DNA of 64,000 bases from an uncultured Actinomycetota bacterium (lineage in GTDB: Bacteria; Actinomycetota; Actinomycetes; JAHEKZ01), in assembly GCA_963743915.1 (NCBI GenBank), contig CAVURN010000001.1, positions 64,001 through 128,000 of the forward strand, given 5' to 3'. The notes below the pieces were generated by a model. It was not told the origin of the DNA, searched no databases, and saw only the letters and a program-made list of their open reading frames with translations. Each line of letters starts with the position of its first letter. Position 1 is the stretch's first letter. Both the position numbers and the translations under genes were made by a program. Below are positions 1 through 9,962 of the stretch, one piece after another.

Positions 1-580
1 CCTGGCCGTGCGTCGCTGGTACGGCTGGTCGAGCGGTCGCCTGCTGGTGCTGGACATCGGAGGTGGCTCGCTGGAGGTCGCGGTCGGCGACACCGAGGAG
101 CCCGATGCCGCCTTCTCGCTGCCGCTCGGCGCCGGACGCCTCACGCGAGAGTTCCTGACGGAGGACCCACCCTCATCGGCAGAGGTGAAGCAGCTGCGCA
201 AGCACGTGCGCACGCTGATCGCCGACCAGCAGGACGTGATCGCGTCGGTTGCCGATGCGGGGCACGTGGTGGGCACGTCGAAGACCTTCCGACAGCTGGC
301 TCGGCTGACCGGAGCGGCCCCCAGCTCGGCGGGACCCTACGTCCAACGTCTGCTCGACCGGGACGCTCTGTCGGACTGGGTGCCGCGCCTGGCGCGGATG
401 CCCGCCCGCCACCGCGCCCAGCTCCCGGGGATATCGATCACGCGCGCACCCCAGCTGCTGGCCGGTGCCGTGGTCGCGGAGTCCGTCATGGCGGCGGTGG
501 ATGCGGTGTCCCTCCAGATCTGCCCCTGGGCCCTGCGCGAGGGAGTGATCCTGCGCCGGCTGGACTGGATGGGCCAATGA
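1..580 (+). CDS. ppx: Ppx/GppA exopolyphosphatase family protein (5'-truncated by the window edge)
   Basis: LDIGGGSLE and [10 protein letters not shown] motifs, C-terminal ALREG; the frame is open from the window start. Confidence 0.9.
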   Translation, partial: LAVRRWYGWSSGRLLVLDIGGGSLEVAVGDTEEPDAAFSLPLGAGRLTREFLTEDPPSSAEVKQLRKHVRTLIADQQDVIASVADAGHVVGTSKTFRQLARLTGAAPSSAGPYVQRLLDRDALSDWVPRLARMPARHRAQLPGISITRAPQLLAGAVVAESVMAAVDAVSLQICPWALREGVILRRLDWMGQ

Positions 581-1395
581 ACGGCGTGCGCGTGCCCACG
601 TCCAAGGTGGTGCTGTCGACGGCGTCGGTCTACCCGGAGTCCACGACGGCGGCGTTCGAGATCGCCGCCAAGCTCGGTTTCGACGGGCTCGAGGTGATGG
701 TGTCGACGGACGCGGTCAGCCAGGACGTGTCAACGCTGCAGCGTCTCTCGGACTACCACCAGGTGCCTGTGGTCGCGATCCACTCGCCCTGCCTGCTGAT
801 CACCCAGCGGGTGTGGGGCAGTGAGCCCTGGGGCAAGCTGCGCAGCGCCCGACGAGCCGCAGAGACGCTCGGGGCGGACATCGTGGTCGTGCACCCACCA
901 TTTCGGTGGCAACGTGAGTACGCGAAGGGCTTCGTGGCCGGCGTGGGCGCCATGAGCGAGGAGACCGACGTCCGGTTCGCGGTCGAGAACATGTTTCCGT
1001 GGCGGGCCCGCAACCGTCAGGTCCAGGCGTACCTGCCGGATCACGACCCCACCGACGAGGACTACAGCGCAGTCACCTTGGACCTCTCGCACACGGCGGT
1101 GTCCGGTGACGATGCCATGGCCATGGCTCGGCTGCTCGGTGGACGCCTCGCGCACGTGCACCTCGGTGACGGGACAGGAGCGGCCCGCGACGAGCACCTG
1201 ATCCCCGGACGCGGGACCCAGCCGTGCGCCGAGCTGTTGGAGCATCTCGCGGCGACGCGCTACACCGGGCACATCGTGCTCGAGGTGAACACCCGCAGAG
1301 CCGCCAACCGGGTGGAGCGGGAAACCGACTTGGCGGAGGCGCTCGCCTTCACCCGACTCAACCTGGCAGTCGCCGAGGTCGCTGATGACCGGTAG
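577..1395 (+). CDS. Sugar phosphate isomerase/epimerase (xylose isomerase-like TIM barrel)
   Basis: AVENM, LDLSH, HVHLGD and VLEV metal ligands; ATGA overlap with ppx; usual actinobacterial neighbour of ppx. Confidence 0.85.
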   Translation: MNGVRVPTSKVVLSTASVYPESTTAAFEIAAKLGFDGLEVMVSTDAVSQDVSTLQRLSDYHQVPVVAIHSPCLLITQRVWGSEPWGKLRSARRAAETLGADIVVVHPPFRWQREYAKGFVAGVGAMSEETDVRFAVENMFPWRARNRQVQAYLPDHDPTDEDYSAVTLDLSHTAVSGDDAMAMARLLGGRLAHVHLGDGTGAARDEHLIPGRGTQPCAELLEHLAATRYTGHIVLEVNTRRAANRVERETDLAEALAFTRLNLAVAEVADDR

Positions 1396-1975
1396 AAGTC
1401 CGGGCCGCCGTCCCGGCTCGCAGGACACCAGGGGCCAGATCGTCTCAGCGGCCAGGGCGCAGTTCGGAGCCCGTGGCTACGACGCGACGAGCATGCGGGC
1501 GATCGCCGCGGAGGCGGACGTGGACCCCGCCCTGGTGCACCACTACTTCGGCGGCAAGGAGCAACTCTTCGCTGCGTGCATGCAACTTCCCCTGGACCCC
1601 AGCGTGGAGCTGCCGGACCTCCTCGCGGGTGACCGGGCTGAGATCGGAGCGCGGTTGGTTCGCCTTCAGCTGAGGCTCTGGTCGGAGGAGGGCGGTCGCG
1701 ACAGCATGATGGCGCTGGTGCGCTCCGCGGCGAGCAACGAGCAGGCCGCCGCCATGATGCGGGAGTTCGTCACGAGCGTCCTGCTCGCTCGGCTCAGTCC
1801 CGCCGTGGGCACGGGTGAGGACGCCCCCCTGCGCGCGGCGGGCGCAGCCTCGCAGCTCATCGGGATGGCCTTCGCCCGCTACGTCGTCAAGGTGCCGGCG
1901 CTGGCCGAGGCGTCCGAAGACGAGCTGGTGCGAACCGTCGGTCCTGCGGTGCAGTCCTACTTCATCCCTGCTTGA
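1385..1975 (+). CDS. TetR family transcriptional regulator
   Basis: N-terminal [35 protein letters not shown]. Confidence 0.9.
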   Translation: MTGRSPGRRPGSQDTRGQIVSAARAQFGARGYDATSMRAIAAEADVDPALVHHYFGGKEQLFAACMQLPLDPSVELPDLLAGDRAEIGARLVRLQLRLWSEEGGRDSMMALVRSAASNEQAAAMMREFVTSVLLARLSPAVGTGEDAPLRAAGAASQLIGMAFARYVVKVPALAEASEDELVRTVGPAVQSYFIPA

Positions 1976-2016
1976 CGTTCTCTCGTGTGGGCAGTAATTT
2001 CATCGTGTGGTGAATT
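1972..2016 (+). promoter_or_regulatory. Putative sigmaA promoter (TTGACG-N17-TAATTT) overlapped by an imperfect palindrome, a candidate TetR operator; probably a leaderless transcript
   Basis: TTGACG 1972-1977, TAATTT 1995-2000, ATTTCATC..GGTGAATT inverted repeat; the GTG start at 2007 lies about 7 nt after the -10. Confidence 0.5.
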
Positions 2017-2723
2017 CAACGGCGGTCGAGTGCCGCGAGCTGCGTGTGGTCAGGGGCGGCCGTGAGGTGCTGCCGGGAATCACGCTCACGCTCAGGTCGG
2101 GCCGCATCACGGGCATGCTCGGCCCCAGCGGTTCCGGCAAGACCACCTTGATGCGCGCGATCGTGGGCGTCCAGCAGGTCGCTGGTGGTGTCGTGACCGT
2201 GCTCGGGGAGCCCGCGGGCAGCGTCGGCCTCCGTCGACGCGTCGCGTACGTCACGCAGGACGTGTCGGTGTACTCCGACCTCACCGTGCGCCAGAACGTG
2301 CGCTACTTCGCGCGCATCCTGGGGGCGCCCGACACGGACATCGACCGCGTCATCGACCACGTCGGGCTGGCCGAGCACGCCGGTGACCGGGTCGGGAACC
2401 TGTCGGGGGGTGAGCGATCGCGAGCGTCACTGGCGGTGGCACTGCTGGGTCGGCCGCAGCTGCTCGTCCTGGACGAGCCGACGGTGGGGCTCGACCCGGT
2501 CCTGCGCCGTGAGCTCTGGGACCTGTTCGCCGGCCTGGCCGCGACCGGCATCACGCTGCTCGTCTCGAGCCATGTGATGGACGAGGCGTCGCGCTGTGAC
2601 GACCTGATGCTGCTGCGCGACGGCCGACTGCTGGCCCATGACACGGTGGCAACAATCCTCGAACGTACGCACACCTCCGACGTCGAGTCGGCGTTCCTCG
2701 CGTTGGTCGAGCAGGCGCCATGA
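2007..2723 (+). CDS. ABC-2 type exporter ATP-binding protein
   Basis: Walker A GPSGSGKT, LSGGE signature, LLVLDEPT Walker B. Confidence 0.92.
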   Translation: MVNSTAVECRELRVVRGGREVLPGITLTLRSGRITGMLGPSGSGKTTLMRAIVGVQQVAGGVVTVLGEPAGSVGLRRRVAYVTQDVSVYSDLTVRQNVRYFARILGAPDTDIDRVIDHVGLAEHAGDRVGNLSGGERSRASLAVALLGRPQLLVLDEPTVGLDPVLRRELWDLFAGLAATGITLLVSSHVMDEASRCDDLMLLRDGRLLAHDTVATILERTHTSDVESAFLALVEQAP

Positions 2724-3451
2724 CGACCACGCGGACTGTGGCGACGGCGCAACGTGTCGTGAACCAGCTGAGGCACGACCACCGCACGGTGGCGCTGATC
2801 CTCGTAGTCCCCTGCGTGCTCATGTCGTTGCTTGCGTGGATGTTGTCGGCCAGCGACTTCGACAGGTACGGCGCACCGCTGTTGGGCATCTTCCCGCTGG
2901 TCGTCATGTTCCTCACGACCTCGGTGACCACGCTTCGCGAGCGGGAGTCCGGCACGTTGGAGCGGCTGCTCTCCATGCCGATCGGCAAGGCGGACTTCGT
3001 GCTGGGCTATGCGCTCGCGTTCGGCGGACTCGCCGTCCTGCAGGCGCTCGTGGTCGCCGGGTTGTCCATGGGGGTGTTGGGACTCGACGTCCTGGCACCG
3101 GCCTGGACCCTGATCCTGGTCGCTGTCGTGAACGCCCTCCTCGGAACGGCGATGGGGCTGTTCGTCAGCGCCTTCGCGAACACCGAGTTCCAGGCGGTGC
3201 AGTTCATGCCCGCCCTGATCCTTCCCCAGCTGCTGCTCTGCGGGATCGTCGTCCCGCGCGACGAGCTGCCGACGCCGCTGCGCCTGCTCTCGGACGTGAT
3301 GCCGATGTCCTACGCCGTCGACGCCACCCGCGAGGTGATGACGCACACGTCCCCCACGGCCACCTTCTGGTGGAGCGTCGCCGTGGTGGCCGGGTTCATG
3401 GCCGTGGGTCTGGGCCTGGGCGCGGCTACGCTGCGTCGCCGGACACCCTGA
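2720..3451 (+). CDS. ABC-2 type exporter permease
   Basis: About 6 hydrophobic segments, RERESGTLERLL motif; ATGA coupling to the ATPase. Confidence 0.9.
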   Translation: MTTTRTVATAQRVVNQLRHDHRTVALILVVPCVLMSLLAWMLSASDFDRYGAPLLGIFPLVVMFLTTSVTTLRERESGTLERLLSMPIGKADFVLGYALAFGGLAVLQALVVAGLSMGVLGLDVLAPAWTLILVAVVNALLGTAMGLFVSAFANTEFQAVQFMPALILPQLLLCGIVVPRDELPTPLRLLSDVMPMSYAVDATREVMTHTSPTATFWWSVAVVAGFMAVGLGLGAATLRRRTP

Positions 3452-3466
3452 TCGCGTAGTCGAACC

Positions 3467-3514
3467 TCAGCCGAACGGGTGGTTCCCCCCTCAACCGATC
3501 ATCCGAACGGCTGA
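3467..3514. promoter_or_regulatory. Two 16-bp palindromes TCAnCCG-N2-CGGnTG(A/G), resembling the BldM group-I box
   Basis: TCAGCCGAACGGGTGG 3467-3482 and TCATCCGAACGGCTGA 3499-3514, 32 bp apart, upstream of the tadE-like gene. Confidence 0.5.
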
Positions 3515-3565
3515 TGGCGCACGACACTCATGGGGCTCGGGGACGGCTCAACCTGTGGGAGCGTC

Positions 3566-4114
3566 ATGCGTCGTCGAGCAGGCCGGTTCCGCGGCGATGA
3601 AGGTGCGTCGGCCGTCGAGTTCGGACTGCTGCTACCGCTCTTCGTGATGCTGGCCCTGGGCACGATCAGCGCGGGCTTCGCGTTCCACACCTGGCTCAGT
3701 GTCACGCACGGGGCCCAGGAGTCCTCGCGCTTTGCCGCCACGCTCAGCATCGGCGCCGGAGGCGGGAGCACCTCGTCCTGGCTCACGCAGGTATCCCAGC
3801 GTGCATTGTCGGCCGCGAACCTGTTGGTGAGCGCAACCGAGGCACAGCCCGGGACGACGGCCTGTGTGGCGGTGGTGTCACCGACGAACATCCCACCGCT
3901 CAACGCCCACATGACGGTCACCACGGACGGCGCCGGGACGATCCTTCGGTCGGCTGTGCTGAGCGGCCCGTGTCCGAATCTCCCCACGATGACCGGCGAC
4001 TACGTGCAGACCCAGGTGGCCAAGCCGGTCACCTTCAACTACGTCTTCGGTGGAGCTGAGATCGATGTCGCCGGCAAGAGTGTGAGCCGTTTTGAGGCCG
4101 TCTCGCTGTCATGA
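3566..4114 (+). CDS. tadE: TadE-like (Flp/Tad) minor pilin
   Basis: Class III signal RGDEG/ASAVEFGLLLP with Glu+5, then a hydrophobic helix; ATG 3566 preceded by GGGAG. Confidence 0.82.
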   Translation: MRRRAGRFRGDEGASAVEFGLLLPLFVMLALGTISAGFAFHTWLSVTHGAQESSRFAATLSIGAGGGSTSSWLTQVSQRALSAANLLVSATEAQPGTTACVAVVSPTNIPPLNAHMTVTTDGAGTILRSAVLSGPCPNLPTMTGDYVQTQVAKPVTFNYVFGGAEIDVAGKSVSRFEAVSLS

Positions 4115-6006
4115 GAGGCCTACGACTGCGTGATGACAGTGGTGCCTACGCCATCCTGTACGGCCTCATGGTTGTCGGCATCGTGCTGCTGGCCGCAACG
4201 GTCGTCGATCTGTCATCCATGCGCGAAGACCGTCGGGCCGAACGCCTGGCAGCCGACGCCGCGGCGACGGCTGGTGCGGTCAAGCTCAACGCCCTGGCCG
4301 GTGTGGCCGACGCGCAAGCAGCCTGTCAGGAGGCATGGCGCTTCCTGAAAGTGAACCTGCCGGGCGCAGCGGAGGCGACGCCGAGCTGCCCGGCCGGGAC
4401 CTTCCCCGCACGCTTCTCCACCTGCCCGACCACGCCCGGATCAGCGACCGCCGCGGCCGGTCCCTGGCAGGTCACCATCAGCTGGCCGGTGCCGGACGAC
4501 CACCCGCTCATGACCGACCCGGACATTTCCGGGCGCGACGGCTACCAACAGCCGATCGACCCCGAGATCGACGGCGCCGATCCCTGCGGACGTCTCGGGG
4601 TCACCGTCGCCCGTGCTCGAGATTTCCTGTTCGCGGGGGTGGGCGGGTTCGCCGGCGCCACCACCACCAACTCCAGCGTCGCCCGTGCCGAGCTCAAGGG
4701 TCAGGTTGCCCTCGAGTTCCCACTCGTGGTGCTCGACCAGCACGGCTGCCAGGTGCTTCTGGCGAGCGGGTCGATGTCTCAGGACGCCACCATCCGGGTC
4801 CTGAACAACGGCATCACTCCCGGACGGATGGCGATGGACACAGCAGCTGACGACCCAGCCAACAGCTCGCCGGGCTGCGGCAACTCCAACCAGTACGCCG
4901 CCATGATCAACGGAGGCGGGAAGATCGTGGCCCTCAACGGGTCCAGCGGCTCACCGGGGGTGTTCCTCTCCCATGCCGCTGACCTGGCGAAGGCCGCAAG
5001 CACCTCTGACATGTGTGCCATGGGAACGGACCCGGGGTCTGTCACACGCGGCATCTGTCCCAGACCCCAGAGCTTCATGATGATCACGCGCAAGTTCTGG
5101 GACTGGCAGTACCACTGCACGACCACGACGACCGAGCCGTTGTCCGCGCCCTGCCCGTACACGGCAACGGTCCCTGACCACGTCACCAGCATCAGAAACA
5201 GCTATCGGGAGGGCGTCTTCGACGCCGCGGCTGCATCCTCCGCGGGGTGGTCGGTCATCTCGGGATCGGAGTGCAACAGCACGACGCCCTACCGTTACTT
5301 CCCTGGCAGTGTCTACGTCGACTGCACCACCTTCAACGTGAACCGGACCACCGTCTTCGGCGGTGGCGGAACCTCGACCGTGGTGTTCAAGGGCGAGGTC
5401 GACATCTCGGGGAACGGCCCCGGGCCGCACTGCCTGGTCTTCAACCAGCCCGTCGGTCCGACGGCGACGCTCGATGCCTCGGGCACCTACCCGTTCTGCA
5501 ACCCCACCAGCTCGACGGTCAACCCGGCGCCGTCCGGACCGATGCTCGTGTACCTGCAGGACGGCAGCCTGGTGCGGCAGAACGCCGACTTCATCTCTGC
5601 GGAGACGACCATCTATCAGGAGGCCGATCCCGCTTTCGGGGCGTCATGGACGCACCAGATCGACCTCGGGGCCGGGACGAGCAGCAACCTGCTCATGACC
5701 GCTCCGACCACGGTGGGTTACAGGTTCCAGAACCTCACGATCTGGTCGGAGAACAGGGCGGGTGTGGACAACCCCGTGTCGCAGGCGAACCAGCTCGGAT
5801 CGCAGAACAAGCTGGCCCTTGAAGGAACCCTCTTCCTCCCCAACGGGCAGACCAACTTCGGCGGCAACCCGACCTACCTCGGCCAGGCCAAGGCGCAGTT
5901 CGTGGCGTGGCGGCTGAGCGTCGCGGGCGGTGGCACGCTCGAGCTCGTGCCGGACCCCAGCCGGACGCTCCCGATCCCCGTGGGCGGAGTTCGACTGATC
6001 CGCTGA
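4111..6006 (+). CDS. Large TadG-like pilus-associated protein (631 aa, 14 Cys)
   Basis: RDDSG/AYAIL prepilin-like N-terminus, AADAAATAGA Tad motif, Gly/Thr/Asn-rich body, VRLIR C-terminus; ATGA coupling to tadE. Confidence 0.78.
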   Translation: MRGLRLRDDSGAYAILYGLMVVGIVLLAATVVDLSSMREDRRAERLAADAAATAGAVKLNALAGVADAQAACQEAWRFLKVNLPGAAEATPSCPAGTFPARFSTCPTTPGSATAAAGPWQVTISWPVPDDHPLMTDPDISGRDGYQQPIDPEIDGADPCGRLGVTVARARDFLFAGVGGFAGATTTNSSVARAELKGQVALEFPLVVLDQHGCQVLLASGSMSQDATIRVLNNGITPGRMAMDTAADDPANSSPGCGNSNQYAAMINGGGKIVALNGSSGSPGVFLSHAADLAKAASTSDMCAMGTDPGSVTRGICPRPQSFMMITRKFWDWQYHCTTTTTEPLSAPCPYTATVPDHVTSIRNSYREGVFDAAAASSAGWSVISGSECNSTTPYRYFPGSVYVDCTTFNVNRTTVFGGGGTSTVVFKGEVDISGNGPGPHCLVFNQPVGPTATLDASGTYPFCNPTSSTVNPAPSGPMLVYLQDGSLVRQNADFISAETTIYQEADPAFGASWTHQIDLGAGTSSNLLMTAPTTVGYRFQNLTIWSENRAGVDNPVSQANQLGSQNKLALEGTLFLPNGQTNFGGNPTYLGQAKAQFVAWRLSVAGGGTLELVPDPSRTLPIPVGGVRLIR

Positions 6007-6024
6007 GACGCCTACGCTGGGCGC

Positions 6025-6954
6025 GTGATCGTTCGTGGAACCATGCTCGCCCTGGCGGCGAGCCAGTCGGTGAAGCGCCTCGTGACCTCGGCACCGGGGG
6101 TGAGCGGTGTCGTCACCCGGTTCGCAGCCGGCGAGGGCGTCGAGGACGCCGTGCGTGCCACTCAGGAGCTCGCCGACGCCGGCTTCCGCGTCACGCTCGA
6201 CTACCTCGGCGAGGACACCCTCGACCGAGAGGCGGCCACCGGCACGACAGAGGCCTACGTCGAGGTCCTGGGACGGCTGGCGGACGCGGGGTTGACCGAG
6301 GGCGCTGAGGTCTCGGTGAAGCTCTCCGCGGTGGGTCAGGCTCTGTCCGGAGACGGACCGGCGGTCTCGACCGACAACGCGCGCCTCATCTGCGAGGCCG
6401 CTGCGAAGGCGGGAACGACGGTCACGCTCGACATGGAGGACCACACCACCACCGACCTGACGCTGCAGACGCTGGGCGAGCTGCGACGAGACTTCCCTGA
6501 CACCGGGGCGGTGCTGCAGGCCTACCTGTACCGGACGGAGGCTGATTGCCGAGACCTCGCGTCCGCCGGCTCACGCATCCGCCTGTGCAAGGGGGCGTAC
6601 GCCGAGCCGGAGAGCGTGGCGTGGCAGGACCGGCACGACGTCGACCTCTCGTACGTGCGTTGCGCGAAGGTCCTGCTCGCCGGCGACGGATACCCGATGT
6701 TCGCCACTCACGACAGCCGGCTCATCTCGATCGTCGAGGCTCTGACCCGCCGGTACGGTCGGGAGCGCGACTCCTACGAGTTCCAGATGCTCTACGGCGT
6801 GCGACGAGACGAGCAGCAGCGACTGATGGTCGCCGGCGAGACGGTCCGCATCTACGTGCCGTACGGCACCGAGTGGTACGGGTATCTCGTGCGACGCATG
6901 GCCGAGCGGCCCGCCAACCTCAGCCTCGGAATCCGTGCCATCCTGGACCGATAG
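6025..6954 (+). CDS. Monofunctional proline dehydrogenase
   Basis: SVKLS, LDMED, RLCKGAY, ATHD, EFQMLYG and YVPYG..WYGY.VRRMAERPAN motifs. Confidence 0.93.
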   Translation: MIVRGTMLALAASQSVKRLVTSAPGVSGVVTRFAAGEGVEDAVRATQELADAGFRVTLDYLGEDTLDREAATGTTEAYVEVLGRLADAGLTEGAEVSVKLSAVGQALSGDGPAVSTDNARLICEAAAKAGTTVTLDMEDHTTTDLTLQTLGELRRDFPDTGAVLQAYLYRTEADCRDLASAGSRIRLCKGAYAEPESVAWQDRHDVDLSYVRCAKVLLAGDGYPMFATHDSRLISIVEALTRRYGRERDSYEFQMLYGVRRDEQQRLMVAGETVRIYVPYGTEWYGYLVRRMAERPANLSLGIRAILDR

Positions 6955-7038
6955 TCTTCGGCACGCCTTTGGGGTGAGTCGTCCGTGTCCTGACCCGGAG
7001 GAACTTCCCCGAAGAAGTGCCGTCAGAAGGAGTGGGCG

Positions 7039-7848
7039 ATGAGCGACCGCGTGGCCATCCTCGGCACCGGAAAGATGGGCGAGGCCCTGCTGTCCGGCAT
7101 GGTGCGGGCCGGACGCCCGGCGTCCGGGCTCGTCGTCACGACGCACGACCCCGCGCGCGAGCAGAAGCTGCGTGACCGGTACGGCGTCGAGGTGACCGAC
7201 AACGTGTCAGCGGTGAAGTCCGCCGACACGGTGCTCATCGCGGTCAAGCCGCAGGACATGGGGGAGCTGCTCGACGAGATCGCGGCCTCGGTGTCAGCGG
7301 ACCAGCTGATCGTGTCGGTGGCTGCCGGCATCACGACCGCGTTCATCGAGCGGCGGATCCCGGTGGACGCCCCCGTGGTGCGCGTCATGTCGAACACCCC
7401 CGTGCTGGTCGACGAGGCCATGAGCGCCCTCTCCGCCGGTTCCCACGCCACCGAGGATCACCTGCGGCGCACCGAGGAGCTGCTGCAGCCCGTGGGGCGC
7501 ACGCTGCGGGTGCCGGAGAACCAGCAGGACGCCGTCACCGCCCTGTCCGGCAGCGGGCCGGCGTACTTCTTCTACCTGGTCGAGGCGATGACCGACGCGG
7601 GGATCCTGCTCGGGCTGCCGCGCTCGGTGGCGCACGACCTCATCGTGCAGACCGCGATCGGAGCGGCGGTGATGCTGCGCGACTCCGGTCAGCCGCCGCA
7701 GTCGCTGCGCGAGGCGGTCATGTCACCGGCCGGCACCACGATCGCGGCGATCCGGGAGATGGAGGACCACAAGGTGCGCGCGGCCTTTCTTGCGGCCCTC
7801 GAGGCAGCGCGCGACCGGAGCCGGGAGCTGGCGTCCGGTCACGAGTGA
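7039..7848 (+). CDS. proC: Pyrroline-5-carboxylate reductase
   Basis: GTGKMG Rossmann motif, AVKPQ, RVMSNTP, LSGSGPAY, MSPAGTT; AAGGAG RBS. Confidence 0.95.
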   Translation: MSDRVAILGTGKMGEALLSGMVRAGRPASGLVVTTHDPAREQKLRDRYGVEVTDNVSAVKSADTVLIAVKPQDMGELLDEIAASVSADQLIVSVAAGITTAFIERRIPVDAPVVRVMSNTPVLVDEAMSALSAGSHATEDHLRRTEELLQPVGRTLRVPENQQDAVTALSGSGPAYFFYLVEAMTDAGILLGLPRSVAHDLIVQTAIGAAVMLRDSGQPPQSLREAVMSPAGTTIAAIREMEDHKVRAAFLAALEAARDRSRELASGHE

Positions 7849-7851
7849 GCC

Positions 7852-8538
7852 TCAGCCTCGTCCGGCGATCTCCTGCGCGAAGCGGTCGACGTCCTCGATG
7901 CGCCCGGCTGCGGCGATCACCGAGCCGGGGACGATGACCGTGTCACGGTCGGCGTAGGTGAACGCCGCCCCGGGGGCGCGGACGCCGACGACGGTGACCC
8001 CGTAGCGAGCGCGCAGCCCCAGCTCGCCGAGCGCTCCGTCACCCAGAGACTCGGTCACCTCGAGCTTGGCGAGCGCGAAGCCGTCGTCGAACTGGATGTA
8101 GTCGAGCATCGCCCCGGACACCAGATGGGCCACCCGTTCACCCATGTCGGCCTCGGGGTAGACCACGTGATGCGCACCGATCCGCTCCAGGATCCTCCCG
8201 TGGTCACGGGAGATCGCCTTGGCCCAGATCTCCGGCACGCCGAGGTCGGCCAGCAGGCTGGTGGTGAGCACGCTGGACTCGATGTCGGTGCCGATGGCGA
8301 CGACGGCCTGCTCGAACTCGGCAGCACCGATCTGCCGCATCGCTTCCTCGTCGGTGGTGTCGAGCTGGATCGCGTGGGTGAGCCGCTCGGCGTAGTGCTG
8401 GACCCGCTCGGCGGAGGCGTCGACCCCGAGCACCTCGCGACCGCGTCCGACCATGGTGAGGGCCACCGCCGAGCCGAAGCGCCCGAGCCCGACGACGAGG
8501 ACCGGCGACGTGAGACGTCGATCAGCCAAGGAGAACAC
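7852..8538 (-). CDS. trkA: Trk/Ktr potassium uptake NAD-binding (RCK) subunit
   Basis: GLGRFG, VVAIG, VYPEADMG, RCK-C domain. Confidence 0.9.
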   Translation of the reverse strand: MFSLADRRLTSPVLVVGLGRFGSAVALTMVGRGREVLGVDASAERVQHYAERLTHAIQLDTTDEEAMRQIGAAEFEQAVVAIGTDIESSVLTTSLLADLGVPEIWAKAISRDHGRILERIGAHHVVYPEADMGERVAHLVSGAMLDYIQFDDGFALAKLEVTESLGDGALGELGLRARYGVTVVGVRAPGAAFTYADRDTVIVPGSVIAAAGRIEDVDRFAQEIAGRG

Positions 8539-9880
8539 GTCCTTCCGGGTACCGGTACCTGGCGTTACTCTGCCGCAGCGCCAGGGCCGTGGCGAGCGTG
8601 ACGGGCCCGACCCGGCCGATGAACATCAAGAGGCCGAGCAGCACCTGTGCGGGCGCGTTCAGGTCTCCTGTCACCCCCGTGCTGAGGCCGCAGGTGGACA
8701 CGGCCGACACCACCTCGAACAGCGCCTGGTCGGTGGTGACATCGCTCAGGGCCAGCAGCCCCAGGGTGCCGGCCACGGAGAGGGCGGCGAAGACCACGAT
8801 CACGATCAAGGCCTGCTGCACCAGCTGCGGGCCGAGCCGGCGACCGCCCACCATGGTGTCGCGATCACCTCTGGCCTGTGCGCGGAGCACGAGCAGCAGC
8901 ACGGCCAGGGTGGTGACCCGGATGCCACCGGCAGTGCTGACCGATCCGCCGCCGATGAACATCAGGATGTCGGTGATCAGCCACGACTCCGGTCGCATGT
9001 CGGCGTAGTTGACGGAGTTGAAACCGGAGGAACGGGGGTTGACGCCTGCGAACCAGGCGTTGAGCAGCCCCTCGCCGGTCGACATCGACCCGAACGTCTT
9101 CGGGTTGGTCCACTCCGAGAGGCCGATGGCAGCCGTTCCGCCGACCAGCAGGAGGCCCGTCATCCAGAGCGTCACGCGGGTGTGCAAGGTCAGTCGTCCA
9201 CGCATCCGGCGGGTGAGCTCATAGAGAACGGGCACACCGATGCCGCCGAGGATCACCGCCAGTGAGATGGGGCCCAGGACGAAGGGGTCATCGGCGAACC
9301 CGACGACGCTGTCACTGAACAAGGCGAAGCCGGCGTTGTTGAAGGCGGTCACGGCGTGGAAGACACCCAGCCAGATCGCCTCGCCCAGCGAGTAGTCGTA
9401 GCCGAGCCACCACCGGATCGTCAGGACGACCGCGATGATCGCCTCCACGCTGAGCGTGAGCACGGCAACCCCTCGGACGATGCGCCCCACCTCGCCGAGC
9501 GCCACGTTGCCGGTCTCGGTCGAGGTGTACAGGCGGGCGCGCAGCCCGAGCCGCCGGAAGACGACGATGGCGACGATCGCGGTGCCCGTGGAGATGCCCA
9601 GACCGCCGAGCTGCACGAGGCCGAGGATCACCGCCTCGCCGAAGGTGGACCAGTACTCGGCAGTGTCCACCGAGCTGAGACCGGTCACGGTGACCGCCGA
9701 GGCCGAGGTGAAGAACGCGGTGGTCAGGTGACTCCCGCCGGGACCGCTCTTCGCGATCGGCAGCAGCAGGAGGATGGTGCCGACGACCACGAGCCCGAGG
9801 AAGGCCGTCGCCACGTAGGTGGCGGGACGGACGAGGCGGGTGATCTGGACCCGACCCGGCCTGCCTTCGCTCCCCGCCAC
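8522..9880 (-). CDS. trkH: TrkH/KtrB potassium uptake membrane protein
   Basis: SAVTVTGL, AFNNAGF, PRSSGF, SAVSTCGLSTG and MFIGRVGP pore motifs; GTG 9880 with GGGAGG RBS (the ORF-track start at 10195 is too long). Confidence 0.9.
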   Translation of the reverse strand: MAGSEGRPGRVQITRLVRPATYVATAFLGLVVVGTILLLLPIAKSGPGGSHLTTAFFTSASAVTVTGLSSVDTAEYWSTFGEAVILGLVQLGGLGISTGTAIVAIVVFRRLGLRARLYTSTETGNVALGEVGRIVRGVAVLTLSVEAIIAVVLTIRWWLGYDYSLGEAIWLGVFHAVTAFNNAGFALFSDSVVGFADDPFVLGPISLAVILGGIGVPVLYELTRRMRGRLTLHTRVTLWMTGLLLVGGTAAIGLSEWTNPKTFGSMSTGEGLLNAWFAGVNPRSSGFNSVNYADMRPESWLITDILMFIGGGSVSTAGGIRVTTLAVLLLVLRAQARGDRDTMVGGRRLGPQLVQQALIVIVVFAALSVAGTLGLLALSDVTTDQALFEVVSAVSTCGLSTGVTGDLNAPAQVLLGLLMFIGRVGPVTLATALALRQSNARYRYPEGRVLLG

Positions 9881-9962
9881 GCGGCCTCCCGACCTCACGA
9901 TGCAGCCCCGGCGTGCGAGACCTGAGGGCAAACCTACGATGAAGGCGTGACCCAGCACCGGC

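Noticed and set aside
6955-7038. Proline-responsive RNA element between proline dehydrogenase and proC
   Set aside because: Only short 5-7 bp complementarities and no T-box features.
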